A model generated the notes under the pieces. That model saw only the letters and a list, made by a program, of their open reading frames with translations. It was not told the DNA's origin and did not search any database. From sequence record NC_041917.1: a DNA stretch of 64,000 nucleotides; one strand, 5' to 3'. Below, one piece after another: positions 9,216 to 23,455 of the stretch (position 1 is the first letter of the stretch; each line of letters opens with the position of its first letter). Both the position numbers and the translations under genes were made by a program.

Positions 9216-9776
9216 TTATACTAGTACTGGTAGAGCAGCAAACACTTTAATTGCTACAGCAGCAGCTAGAGCAGCGGAACCGTCTTTCTTCTGGAATACA
9301 CCAGCTTGTGCTAGATTAGTAGCGATTTCAGTAGTAGGATCTACTGTTAGTGCATAAGTAGCACCAGGTTTGTTAACTTGTTTAGTTAGAACATCTTGAC
9401 GTTCAACGATAAAAGTAATACCAAAAGAGTTAGCAGCAAGAGTACCAGCAGAACCGTAAGCGATAACGTTTCCACCAACTGTTCCAAAACCAGAAGCGGT
9501 TGGATCAATAGTATTTGATAGTGCGGAAGTAGTTACTAGTACAGCACGTTGTGCAAGAGCTTGTGCAATGATAAATTGGTTTTTTTCAGCAGCAGATAGT
9601 GCAGTTTGAGCAGCATTATCGCCAGCTTCAGTACCATCAGAAACTACCGCAGTAGTACCGATTTCAACATCTGCTGGTAGAGTAACAACAACAGTTACGA
9701 AACCGTTATTACCACCCCAAAACTCGCGGCTATGATCTGACATGCCATAGTTGCGGTCAAAAGAATTAAGACTCAT
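9216..9776 (-). CDS. Probable virion structural protein
   Basis: SD GGAGA before ATG 9776 and an upstream late-type ATAAATA; paralogous to 8544-9200. Confidence 0.6.
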   Translation of the reverse strand: MSLNSFDRNYGMSDHSREFWGGNNGFVTVVVTLPADVEIGTTAVVSDGTEAGDNAAQTALSAAEKNQFIIAQALAQRAVLVTTSALSNTIDPTASGFGTVGGNVIAYGSAGTLAANSFGITFIVERQDVLTKQVNKPGATYALTVDPTTEIATNLAQAGVFQKKDGSAALAAAVAIKVFAALPVLV

Positions 9777-9829
9777 AAAAAATCTCCTTTGTCTAATTTG
9801 GTGCAGGTACTTGTTGACCTGCTTAATGT

Positions 9830-9836
9830 TATTTAT
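9830..9836 (-). promoter_or_regulatory. T4-like late promoter core ATAAATA
   Basis: Lies about 55 nt upstream of the minus-strand structural gene pair. Confidence 0.55.
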
Positions 9837-9910
9837 CAAATCTTTTGCGTTGATATTAATTACGCAATAAATCTAATCTAATTCTTATATGCAAATATTT
9901 ATTTCTTTAT

Positions 9911-9939
9911 TGGAACCACGCTCTAAAATGTGGTATAAT
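9911..9939 (+). promoter_or_regulatory. Putative middle-type promoter TGGAAC-N17-TATAAT
   Basis: Consensus match upstream of rnh. Confidence 0.75.
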
Positions 9940-9942
9940 TGA

Positions 9943-10955
<1,013 letters not shown>

Positions 10956-10956
<1 letters not shown>

Positions 10957-11456
10957 TGGCAATTCTAAAGATACTAACTGACTATTCGTTTATCGTTGAG
11001 ACTAATACTGGCGAGAAAATGGGAATATTAGTGAATTATGATGAAGGAACCACCGAACGTACTGGAATAGAGTTCTTTAACTCTGATGGGTCGTTTAAAT
11101 TTGATAGTATGTCTGAATTGCAAGAATTGTTAGGTGAAGAATTCACCTATGCTGAAATAGAAGTAACAGATTCAACTAATACTTCTAAAGGATTGGGTGA
11201 TTATCCAATTAATGATACTGATAACATTACTGATATATTGTTTGATGATCCGTTGGGGATTGGAACCTTTAGAAAAAGTGCACGTTCCAAAAAACGTTTT
11301 TATCCAGGATGGTGGATTGTACGTAGTGAAAATGGTTCATATTTGCCTAGATTGACTATAAGTGTAGACATTTACAATGAAAGAAATAATACAGAAGCAC
11401 TATATGGTCCGTTTAAGTCCTATATGGATGTAACATATACACTAAAACAACTATAA
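10956..11456 (+). CDS. Hypothetical protein
   Basis: ORF coupled to rnh by a TAATG overlap. Confidence 0.7.
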
Positions 11457-11463
11457 TGAGTAC

Positions 11464-11489
11464 AGTACTGCATCTTGCAGTACTTTTTA
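11464..11489 (+). terminator. Rho-independent terminator
   Basis: AGTACTGCA-TCT-TGCAGTACT followed by T's. Confidence 0.7.
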
Positions 11490-11499
11490 AGGAAGATTT

Positions 11500-15173
<3,674 letters not shown>

Positions 15174-15190
15174 AATCCCCTTTACTCATG

Positions 15191-15198
15191 TATAAATA
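15191..15198 (+). promoter_or_regulatory. T4 late promoter consensus TATAAATA
   Basis: Exact match upstream of gene 32. Confidence 0.6.
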
Positions 15199-15200
15199 AA

Positions 15201-15229
15201 TGAAACATTATACCAAAATATGGTATAAT
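15201..15229 (+). promoter_or_regulatory. Putative middle-type promoter TGAAAC-N17-TATAAT (gene 32, distal)
   Basis: Consensus match. Confidence 0.75.
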
Positions 15230-15287
15230 ATGAGTAATTCGATAGCACGGCGTGTTATCAAATAAACGTCAGTCATGACGAGAAATA

Positions 15288-15316
15288 TGAAACGTACCGC
15301 AAATTTGTGGTATAAT
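15288..15316 (+). promoter_or_regulatory. Putative middle-type promoter TGAAAC-N17-TATAAT (gene 32, proximal)
   Basis: Consensus match; tandem with 15201. Confidence 0.75.
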
Positions 15317-15397
15317 ATGAGTGTCAGAAGCAGGAAGCTGATGACAAGATAAGCAAATAAACTAAGTAACAAAGAAACAAATGATAAGGAAATCAAA

Positions 15398-16453
15398 ATG
15401 GCAACATTAGCAGAAATTCGTGCTCTATTAAAAGCAGAACAAGACAAAGCAGAAGCAATCAAAAGTGGTACATTCTCAGGCGGTAATGGTCAACCGGATG
15501 CGTTTCTAGCATTCTGGAACATTCCAGAGAATCAAGATTTGAATCTACGTTTTCTACCAGATTCAGATATTAATAACCCTTACTTCTGGCGTGAGCGTGA
15601 GATGATTAATCTTGAGTTCAACGGAATTGTTGGTGGTCACACCGATAAAGTTAAATTACAAGTACCTTGTAATGAAATGTGGGTTCCAAATTCTTGCCCT
15701 GTTCTTACTGAAATTCGTCAGTGGTATAAAGCTGCGAACGAAACTGGTAACGAAGATCTAAAGAAACAAGCATCTAAGTACTGGAAAAAGAAATCTTATC
15801 TATTCCAATGCCTAGTAGCTCCAGGTTCTGTTGAAGTTAAAGATGACAACGCACCTGAAAATCCAATTCGTCGTGTTCTAGTGAACAAAGATTTGTTCGA
15901 AAAGATTAAATCTATTCTAATGAATCCAGACGTTGCTGAACTTCCAACTCATTATCAACATGGACGTGATTTCCGTGTGATTAAGAGTAAGAATGCTGGT
16001 GGTTATAATAACTACGATGCTTCTCAGTTCAAATTCTCTGAGCGTCCACTAAATGAAGACGAACTAGCTGCAATTGAACAGTATGGCTTATTTGATCTAA
16101 GTGAGTTCATGCCAAAACAACCAACTCCAGAAGAACTAAATGCAATCCGTGAGATGTTTGAAGCATCTGCGAATGGTGAAGCATATGATCCTTCACGTTG
16201 GGCTGCATTCTACCGTCCAGCGGGTGTTCAAAAACCAGCAAATACTGGCTCAACCAGTACTACTGAAACCGTAAGTACTCCAGTAGCTAAACCTGCACAA
16301 ACTGTAACTGCTCCAGTACAAACTACTGTAACAGAAACTGTTGTGGCTCAAGAAGCACCAGTTCAAGAAACCGCTACTGCGGCTCCAACTGAGAGTAAGC
16401 AAAAACTTTCTCCAGCAGAACTAGTTGCAAAACTAAAAGCTAAAGGTGGCTAA
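15398..16453 (+). CDS. 32: Single-stranded DNA-binding protein (gp32-like)
   Basis: LRFLPD...F W, CP Zn-site residues (VPCNE...SCPV), YWKKKSY, DFRVIKS...YNNYDASQF, low-complexity C-tail; directly upstream of uvsX. Confidence 0.88.
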   Translation: MATLAEIRALLKAEQDKAEAIKSGTFSGGNGQPDAFLAFWNIPENQDLNLRFLPDSDINNPYFWREREMINLEFNGIVGGHTDKVKLQVPCNEMWVPNSCPVLTEIRQWYKAANETGNEDLKKQASKYWKKKSYLFQCLVAPGSVEVKDDNAPENPIRRVLVNKDLFEKIKSILMNPDVAELPTHYQHGRDFRVIKSKNAGGYNNYDASQFKFSERPLNEDELAAIEQYGLFDLSEFMPKQPTPEELNAIREMFEASANGEAYDPSRWAAFYRPAGVQKPANTGSTSTTETVSTPVAKPAQTVTAPVQTTVTETVVAQEAPVQETATAAPTESKQKLSPAELVAKLKAKGG

Positions 16454-16471
16454 TTAAAGTTGTAAAGAATT

Positions 16472-16496
16472 AAGGGGCTAAGGAACAGCCCCTTTT
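16472..16496 (+). terminator. Rho-independent terminator
   Basis: AAGGGGCT/AGCCCCTT stem followed by TT. Confidence 0.7.
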
Positions 16497-16516
16497 CATT
16501 TCATGGAGAGAATTAT

Positions 16517-17653
16517 ATGAAAAACATTTCTGCGGGTCTAAGTAGTATTATCAAAAACAGTACTGCATCAGTTAAAAAGAATTCTGGTGTAAGCATGGGC
16601 TTCCATGATCCAGACACTTGGATTAGTACTGGTAATCTAGCATTGAACTATCGTATTAGCGGCGATTTTAACAAGGGTATCCCTCTTGGTAAAGTAACTA
16701 TGTTCGCTGGTGAATCTGGTTCAGGCAAATCATTCATTGTATCAGGAAACATTATTCGTGAAGCACAACGTCAAGGTATCTTCGTAGTCTTAATCGACTC
16801 TGAAAACGCACTTGATTCCGATTGGCTACATGCACTTGGTGTAGATACTTCTGAAGACAAATTACTTAAAATGAATATGGGTATGATTGGTGATGTTGCT
16901 AAATTCACTTATGAATTCATTGAAGGGTATCGTAAAGATTATGAAGATGTACCACGTGAAGAACGTCCTAAAGTACTATTCGTAATTGACAGTATCGGTA
17001 TGTTAAACACTGAAATTGCAAATGACCAAATGAAAGCTGGTAATCTTAAAGGTGATATGGGTCACAAGCCTAAACAACTTAAAGCTTACATTACTAACTG
17101 TGTAAACAGTATGGGTGCATTGAATATTGGTATGGTATGTGTAAACCACTCATACGAAAGCCAAGATATGTTCAATCCAGACCCTAAAGTAAGTGGTGGT
17201 TCTGGTCTAGTGTATGCATCTAGTATTCTAGTAGTTATGGGTAAACTAAAACTAAAAGAAGATGAAGATGGTAACAAAACTTCAGAAGTTAATGGTATTC
17301 GTGCTAAGTGTAAAGTTATGAAGACCCGTTATAACAAACCATTTGAAGATGTAGAAATCAAGATTCCTTGGAACGAAGGTATGAATCCTCGTAGCGGATT
17401 ACTTGACATGTTCGAAAAATATGGTTTAATTACTAAATCAGGTAACCGTTTACTATATGTTGATATTGACACTGGTGAACAGATTCTTCAGTACCGTAAG
17501 GATTGGATGAATAATGTAAATTCCTGCTTAGATTTGGTAATGGGACAATTCACACGTCACCCATTGATCTCACACGTTACTGAAGAAGAAAAAGGTGATG
17601 AAGATTTTGGTACAGATATTGAAGTACCAAATACAGAGGTTAATGAGGATTAA
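16517..17653 (+). CDS. uvsX: RecA-like recombinase UvsX
   Basis: ISTGNLALNYRISG, Walker A GESGSGKS, LIDSENA, VIDSIG, KVMKTR. Confidence 0.95.
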   Translation: MKNISAGLSSIIKNSTASVKKNSGVSMGFHDPDTWISTGNLALNYRISGDFNKGIPLGKVTMFAGESGSGKSFIVSGNIIREAQRQGIFVVLIDSENALDSDWLHALGVDTSEDKLLKMNMGMIGDVAKFTYEFIEGYRKDYEDVPREERPKVLFVIDSIGMLNTEIANDQMKAGNLKGDMGHKPKQLKAYITNCVNSMGALNIGMVCVNHSYESQDMFNPDPKVSGGSGLVYASSILVVMGKLKLKEDEDGNKTSEVNGIRAKCKVMKTRYNKPFEDVEIKIPWNEGMNPRSGLLDMFEKYGLITKSGNRLLYVDIDTGEQILQYRKDWMNNVNSCLDLVMGQFTRHPLISHVTEEEKGDEDFGTDIEVPNTEVNED

Positions 17654-17655
17654 TT

Positions 17656-18120
17656 ATGGCAAAGGCATGGCATTGGATTATAAAAGACGATAAAACAAAA
17701 ATCATAGATATGGTTGAGTTTTTCGAAACTGAGTTAGAGGACGCAAGACGTGAGATTAAACAAGTCGGTCTTATCGAATCTATTGCTCAAAAATTGCCAG
17801 CCTACCATGAACAGCGTTTCAGCCAACTACAACAAGTAGAAACAGTTCTCGAAATTCTCGAAATAGAGATGAGACAGCTTGAATCTGAAAAGTTTAAACA
17901 ATTATTAGAGCACTACAAACGTGCTCTTACCAGTTCAGACTGTAAGAAGTATGTTGATGGCGATCCTGATGTGGTAGCGTTGTCACAATTGATAGCTGAT
18001 GTTGCGTATATTCGAAATCAGTTGGCAGGTGTTGTAAAATCATTAGAAATGAAAGCGTTCCAGCTTAATAATATAGTACGTTTACGTACTGCTGGTATAG
18101 AAGACGCTCGAATAGATTAA
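17656..18120 (+). CDS. uvsY: Recombination mediator UvsY
   Basis: Helical; KKYVDGDPDVV...KSLEMKAFQLNNIVRLRTAGIED C-terminal signature; sits between uvsX and uvsW. Confidence 0.8.
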   Translation: MAKAWHWIIKDDKTKIIDMVEFFETELEDARREIKQVGLIESIAQKLPAYHEQRFSQLQQVETVLEILEIEMRQLESEKFKQLLEHYKRALTSSDCKKYVDGDPDVVALSQLIADVAYIRNQLAGVVKSLEMKAFQLNNIVRLRTAGIEDARID

Positions 18121-18123
18121 TTT

Positions 18124-18148
18124 AAGGACGCTTATTGGCGTCCTTTTT
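18124..18148 (+). terminator. Rho-independent terminator
   Basis: AAGGACGC-TTATTG-GCGTCCTT followed by TTT. Confidence 0.75.
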
Positions 18149-18165
18149 GTTTTTTGAGAGAATAT

Positions 18166-19038
18166 ATGACAGAAATTGATAAATTTTTCAATAATGTAAT
18201 GGTATTAGACACTGAAACTACTGGTGTAGATGATAATGCTGACATTATAGAGTTTAGTGCATCATTTCCATTAAGTGCTAATGACACTTTTGAAGAAATG
18301 TTAAACTTTACTACCCGTTACAAACCAACACAAGAAGTTCCGGCTGAAGCATCAGCAATACACTTCATTGTAACTGAAGATTTGAATGATTCACCTTCAT
18401 ATGCTTCGTCTGTTAGTGAATTAGAAGGACTATTCGAAATTAAACAGTACTTTGTAGGACACAATGTGCAGTTCGACCGTCGAATGTTAGTAGAAAATAA
18501 CAAACGAGTTAATCCTGAAGTTAAAGAAGAATTTTTAGATGATAATCGTTGGATTTGTACCTTAAAATTAGCTAAAAAGCTATTTGCTGAAGACCCTGAG
18601 TTTAAAAATCTTACTTTGAGCTATTTGTGGTTCAAATTTGATTTACATAAGACATGTACCCGAAAAATCATACCTCATAGTGCTGAAGATGATGTGTATA
18701 TGTGTTATAAGGTACTTTCACACTTAGTAAATATTGCTGTTGATCGTGGCTTGATTGATTCCAATAAGGAAATTGGTTCACAGGTTGTTGTACTATGTAA
18801 TACTCCAAATATTTTCACAGTTATGCCAATCGGCAAACATAAAGGTATGTTAATGACTGAAGTTCCGATGAATTATATCGAATGGATGATTAACAACAGT
18901 GATATGTTAAATGAAAATATGCCAAACTTTGATGCTGATTTAGCAGCAACATTTATTGCTGAAATAATGTCAAGGCATTCGGCACTATCTAATATTGATA
19001 TGGATATGCATGACGGTCAAGAATATCCGCAAGGATAA
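18166..19038 (+). CDS. DEDDh 3'-5' exonuclease (DnaQ/ExoX-like)
   Basis: VLDTETTG, GHNVQFD, HSAEDD; C-terminal MPIGKHKG...VPMNYIEW module. Confidence 0.9.
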   Translation: MTEIDKFFNNVMVLDTETTGVDDNADIIEFSASFPLSANDTFEEMLNFTTRYKPTQEVPAEASAIHFIVTEDLNDSPSYASSVSELEGLFEIKQYFVGHNVQFDRRMLVENNKRVNPEVKEEFLDDNRWICTLKLAKKLFAEDPEFKNLTLSYLWFKFDLHKTCTRKIIPHSAEDDVYMCYKVLSHLVNIAVDRGLIDSNKEIGSQVVVLCNTPNIFTVMPIGKHKGMLMTEVPMNYIEWMINNSDMLNENMPNFDADLAATFIAEIMSRHSALSNIDMDMHDGQEYPQG

Positions 19039-19067
19039 AATGATTTAATAAAAAAAGGAACTCAAGG

Positions 19068-20552
19068 ATGAGTGGAACTTGTAAGTTAATACTTCAAGAT
19101 GAAGTTAACTGTAAATTTGAGGGGCTTGCCCCTAATATTCGACAAGAGATGATTCGTAAAGTATCATTTGTTTTACCTTATGCGAAATTCACACCAGCAG
19201 GAAGAATGGGACGTTGGGATGGTAAAGTAAACTTTATGAATATCGGTGGTAGTACTTACTATCATATGTTAGATCAATTACTACCGATTCTTGAAAAACA
19301 TAATATCATGATTGAAATTGATGATCAACGTATTGAACATGATTTTGTATTCGATGCAATTGATGAAAATATTTTTGATTATGTTGAATTCCCTGCTGGA
19401 CACCATATGGAAGGACAAAAGATAGTTCTTCGTGAGCATCAGGTAAATGCAGTAAACACTTGCTTGCAGAACCGACATGGTTTACTATTGGCAAGTACTA
19501 GCTCCGGTAAAACATTAATTACTGCTGCAATGTCAAAAAGTGTTGAAAAGTATGGTAGAAGTATAGTTATCGTACCAAATAAAGATTTAGTACAACAAAC
19601 ATATAATGACTATGCAATGGTTGGTTTAGATGCAGGTGTATTTTATGGTGATAAAAAAGAATTAAACCATCAACATACTATTACTACATGGCAATCATTA
19701 AACTCCCTATGGAAGAAAACTAAGAAAGGTGAAATTGCTCTAACTGAGCAGGACATTAGTGACTTTATTAGTGGAGTTGTTGCAGTTGTTGTAGATGAAG
19801 CACATACGAGTGCAGCAGAAGCACTACATGCAGTACTTGGACAAGTAATGAAAAATATTCCTTTACGTTGGGGCTTGACTGGTACGATTCCTAAAGATCC
19901 AGTACTAGCAGCTAAGATTAAATGTAATGTAGGGGAGATTATCTATACAATATCTGCAAAAGAGTTGCAAGATAAACAAATTCTTAGTACTTGTAATGTC
20001 AATTGCATTAGATTAAAAAGTTCTCTAAAATTTGGTAATTACCAAGAAGAATTGAAGTATCTTGTTACTGACCGTGATAGAATGAAGTATATCGCATCTT
20101 TAATAGCTGCTATAGCTGAATCGGGAAACACATTAGTACTAGTTGATAGATTAGAAGCTGGTGAATTATTATGTGAATTCTTAGGAATACCAAAATCTGA
20201 ATTTGTTAGAGGTGAAACTAAGAAGAAAGACCGTGAAGCGTCTTATGGTGAAATACGATGGGCTGATAATAAGATACTTATTGCAACATATGGTGTAGCA
20301 AGTACTGGTATTAGTATTAGTAGATTATACAATGTAGTACTTATAGAACCTGGAAAAAGTTTTGTAAGAACTATTCAGAGTATAGGTCGTGGACTTCGCC
20401 GTGCAGAAGATAAAGACCATGTGGAGATCTATGATATTTCGGGCTTCAATAAGTTTAGTGCTAAGCATTCTCGTGAACGAATGTCGTACTATAAAGAAGT
20501 TCAATACCCTTATCAAGAATTGATTGTTGATAATTGGGAAAATATGGAATGA
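19068..20552 (+). CDS. uvsW: SF2 helicase UvsW
   Basis: LREHQ, STSSGKT, VVDEAH, GLTGT, TGISI, QSIGRGLR. Confidence 0.92.
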   Translation: MSGTCKLILQDEVNCKFEGLAPNIRQEMIRKVSFVLPYAKFTPAGRMGRWDGKVNFMNIGGSTYYHMLDQLLPILEKHNIMIEIDDQRIEHDFVFDAIDENIFDYVEFPAGHHMEGQKIVLREHQVNAVNTCLQNRHGLLLASTSSGKTLITAAMSKSVEKYGRSIVIVPNKDLVQQTYNDYAMVGLDAGVFYGDKKELNHQHTITTWQSLNSLWKKTKKGEIALTEQDISDFISGVVAVVVDEAHTSAAEALHAVLGQVMKNIPLRWGLTGTIPKDPVLAAKIKCNVGEIIYTISAKELQDKQILSTCNVNCIRLKSSLKFGNYQEELKYLVTDRDRMKYIASLIAAIAESGNTLVLVDRLEAGELLCEFLGIPKSEFVRGETKKKDREASYGEIRWADNKILIATYGVASTGISISRLYNVVLIEPGKSFVRTIQSIGRGLRRAEDKDHVEIYDISGFNKFSAKHSRERMSYYKEVQYPYQELIVDNWENME

Positions 20553-20573
20553 AAAGATTTTTTGTGATATAAT
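20545..20573 (+). promoter_or_regulatory. Putative middle-type promoter TGGAAT-N17-TATAAT
   Basis: Consensus match overlapping the end of uvsW. Confidence 0.7.
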
Positions 20574-20606
20574 ATAGACAGAACAAAATAAAAAGGATAT
20601 TTTGAA

Positions 20607-21044
20607 ATGGAACTTCGTTCGAGTATCGCATTCATTGGCGATTCAGAAATTTTAGAAAATATTGATTCCTTAATTAATGAGGAAACTATAATCGATGACA
20701 TGGTGTTTTCGATAGATTTCATTCCTGAGCTTGAAACTAACGATACATATGTTTACCGCTGCACAACTGACGGCGACTCGTGGGTTAATATCTACGACAT
20801 TAAAACAAGACTTGATGACAAACTAGGTCAAGATGGAAAATATGACATAATTTATGCAAGTACTGATGGTACATCATATATAGATGTAATCAGTCATACA
20901 GGCAATTTTGATGCGTACTTAGATACTGACACTGATAAAATTCAAGAACTATGTGATACCTATGGATTGGAGTTCTACGGAAGTAATGATGATGATGATG
21001 ATTATTATCAAGATTCCGATGATGAAAACGACGATTATTATTGA
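20607..21044 (+). CDS. Highly acidic hypothetical protein
   Basis: About 40 D/E versus 7 K/R in 145 aa (hand count). Confidence 0.7.
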   Translation: MELRSSIAFIGDSEILENIDSLINEETIIDDMVFSIDFIPELETNDTYVYRCTTDGDSWVNIYDIKTRLDDKLGQDGKYDIIYASTDGTSYIDVISHTGNFDAYLDTDTDKIQELCDTYGLEFYGSNDDDDDYYQDSDDENDDYY

Positions 21045-21053
21045 GGAAATCAC

Positions 21054-21557
21054 ATGAACGTATTAACACCTGAAAATTATGCATTTGAAATGGATCTAGT
21101 AACTGATACAATTCCAGAAGAAATGTATTGTGTACTGGATTTGAGTACAGTAGAAGATGCAGATTATTATTTTAAACATATACTGAATACAGTATCGTTT
21201 AACAGTATTAGTGCTGACTTACTAATTGGAAAACATATAGTACAAGTACCGCTCGGCTGGCAGATTTTGCTTGGAGATGAAGATACTGGTATGATGGAAA
21301 TGTGTACAATTGAAAATATTTTGAATATGAAAGACCCTAGAGCCTTTGTATATAACCCTATACGCTCTATGTATCCAAAGTATGAACAGGTTAAAGTACT
21401 ACGAGTATTCACTTTAACAACTAAGTGGCAAATACCAATGCTACCAAAGAAAAATCTTCTCGCTGTTCCATTATGTAATGGTATAAATCCACCATGTGTG
21501 TATTTTGCAGATGAAAATGAGAAGATTCAAGATTTATTTTTAGGAATTGGCGAATAA
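21054..21557 (+). CDS. Conserved hypothetical protein
   Basis: SD GAGGA; intact ORF in the operon. Confidence 0.7.
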   Translation: MNVLTPENYAFEMDLVTDTIPEEMYCVLDLSTVEDADYYFKHILNTVSFNSISADLLIGKHIVQVPLGWQILLGDEDTGMMEMCTIENILNMKDPRAFVYNPIRSMYPKYEQVKVLRVFTLTTKWQIPMLPKKNLLAVPLCNGINPPCVYFADENEKIQDLFLGIGE

Positions 21558-22405
21558 TGTTTGATTTTACTGGTTTACCTACATCAACTGAAGATGAAGA
21601 TACCACTGCTGGATCACAAACCAAGTTAGATATGAATCTATTACTTGAAAAGATTGACATGGCAGATTATGGGTATTATGATACCCTAAGTGATAAAGAA
21701 AAGAAGCATTTCCAACCATACATCGTACTTAGATGGGTAAGTTCATTAGATGATTCCGTTCAGGTAACGTATAATGCCAAAAAAGTTGAGGGAGTATTCA
21801 ACAAATGGTCTGGTGGTGGGAAAGAAGCACTAAATGAACTAAAAGATGAGTTTAATAACTCTGGTTCAGGTACTTGTGTGTCTGTAGCAAAGTATGAACA
21901 TGCAAAATATGATTGGAGAATCAAATTTGCAGTTCAAGATATTGCTAGTGCCAATGCTCTTATTGATTCAATGAAGGAATTTGGTATAACTGGTCATGAG
22001 ATCATATCTCTTATTGATAGTACTACAATTAAGTACCATATAATTATGCTAAATGATATGGTAAACCAAAACTTTTGGGAGATGAAGAATCACCCTGAGT
22101 TGGTTTACCAACTTATGTGTTCAGTATCAGAAATGATTGGACCACAAAAACGAGCACATAACTGGTTGTCTCATTGTAAAGGCTTAAAGAACGTTGATAA
22201 AGCAATTTTTGACATTATCAAACGTACACAATCTGAATACACAGCTTCCCAATTGAATGAGGCTGAGTATAAAATTCTATTGAGTACTTATACTAAAGAA
22301 ACGTTTGAAGATTTACTAAAAGACTTAGGTACTGGTGAATCAGAGATTAAAACTCTATTGAAACATTTCAAATCAGAAAGTGAAAAATATGGCAAAAACA
22401 ATTAA
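21557..22405 (+). CDS. Possible clamp-loader small subunit (gp62-like) with an insertion
   Basis: LLEKIDMADYGYYDTLSDKEKKHFQPYIVLRWVSS ... VNQNFWEMKNHPELVYQL resembles gp62-like proteins of large T4-related phages. Confidence 0.45.
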   Translation: MFDFTGLPTSTEDEDTTAGSQTKLDMNLLLEKIDMADYGYYDTLSDKEKKHFQPYIVLRWVSSLDDSVQVTYNAKKVEGVFNKWSGGGKEALNELKDEFNNSGSGTCVSVAKYEHAKYDWRIKFAVQDIASANALIDSMKEFGITGHEIISLIDSTTIKYHIIMLNDMVNQNFWEMKNHPELVYQLMCSVSEMIGPQKRAHNWLSHCKGLKNVDKAIFDIIKRTQSEYTASQLNEAEYKILLSTYTKETFEDLLKDLGTGESEIKTLLKHFKSESEKYGKNN

Positions 22406-23108
22406 AGGGGCGGCTAAAGCCCCTATTTTTAAATGTAGATTTTGTGATAAAGAATTTAAACGTGAAGGTACGTTAATCACTCACAATTGTATTAAACGTG
22501 ATCGATACAATGATCGTGAATCTCGTCCCATGCGTGAAGCATATCGTTTATACATGATGTTCATGGAAGCTCATAGACTTGCAATGAAAAAATCAGAAGA
22601 ACCGTTAATGCAATTCATAAAATCAAGATACTTCAATGATTTCTTTGATTTCGGTCAATATATTTTATCCCATGATATTCTAAATAAAGAACAATTCATA
22701 AAGTACATTTTGACAAGTGGGAAACCAGTTTTTGAATGGCAATCACCAAAAGTACATGAAGAATGGGTTATAAAATGTATTCGTGAAGAACATCCACGTA
22801 GAGCTATCGAGCGTTCTATAAATGCATTGGTAGAATGGGGAAATGTAACTGATAATGATTGGGTAGATTTCTTTGAGAATGTTAGTACTGAACGTGCTAT
22901 CATGTGGTTTGAATCAGGTAAGGTTTCACCGTGGCTAATTTACATTGCTGAACCAGCAAGTGGTAATAAACTTTTAAACAGATTCGGTGATTCAGAATTA
23001 GATTATCTAGTACGTTTTATAGATCCTACATACTTCAAAATACTTCAAATTCGATATAAGGATGAAGTACAAGAAATACGCAGTTTATTAACAGAGGCAG
23101 GACTATGA
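22389..23108 (+). CDS. C2H2-type zinc-finger conserved protein
   Basis: FKCRFCDKEFKREGTLITHNC at the N-terminus. Confidence 0.7.
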   Translation: MAKTIKGAAKAPIFKCRFCDKEFKREGTLITHNCIKRDRYNDRESRPMREAYRLYMMFMEAHRLAMKKSEEPLMQFIKSRYFNDFFDFGQYILSHDILNKEQFIKYILTSGKPVFEWQSPKVHEEWVIKCIREEHPRRAIERSINALVEWGNVTDNDWVDFFENVSTERAIMWFESGKVSPWLIYIAEPASGNKLLNRFGDSELDYLVRFIDPTYFKILQIRYKDEVQEIRSLLTEAGL

Positions 23109-23455
23109 AAAGTAAAATTTATGCTGAACAAGAATTAACCGATGAAGAAAAGAAACAAAAAGAAGAACTGAAGGAAGATGCAAAACAGTTATCAGTACTG
23201 AGACAAGGTACAGTAACTGAAATCACAATGGGTGGACAAACTTTTCAAGTATCTGACCCTAAAAGGATTGAACAAGCAATATCTTTCTTAGAGAGACATG
23301 AAGAATCTTTATTCACATTAAGACAACGAATTAAAGAACAGAACAAAGCAATAAATGTATTAATTCAAGAAATTGAAAAATTGAAAGCTGATGTTCAAAG
23401 ATTGAAAGAGGAAAGTAATAATGGATTTGGATCACAAGAGTACTCAAACTATTAA
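23105..23455 (+). CDS. Coiled-coil hypothetical protein
   Basis: Heptad-rich C-half; ATGA overlap with the previous gene. Confidence 0.65.
   Translation: MKSKIYAEQELTDEEKKQKEELKEDAKQLSVLRQGTVTEITMGGQTFQVSDPKRIEQAISFLERHEESLFTLRQRIKEQNKAINVLIQEIEKLKADVQRLKEESNNGFGSQEYSNY

Noticed and set aside
20985-21044. GAT/GAC trinucleotide runs, also at about 3385-3460
   Set aside because: They are simply poly-Asp/Glu coding sequence, not a repeat array.
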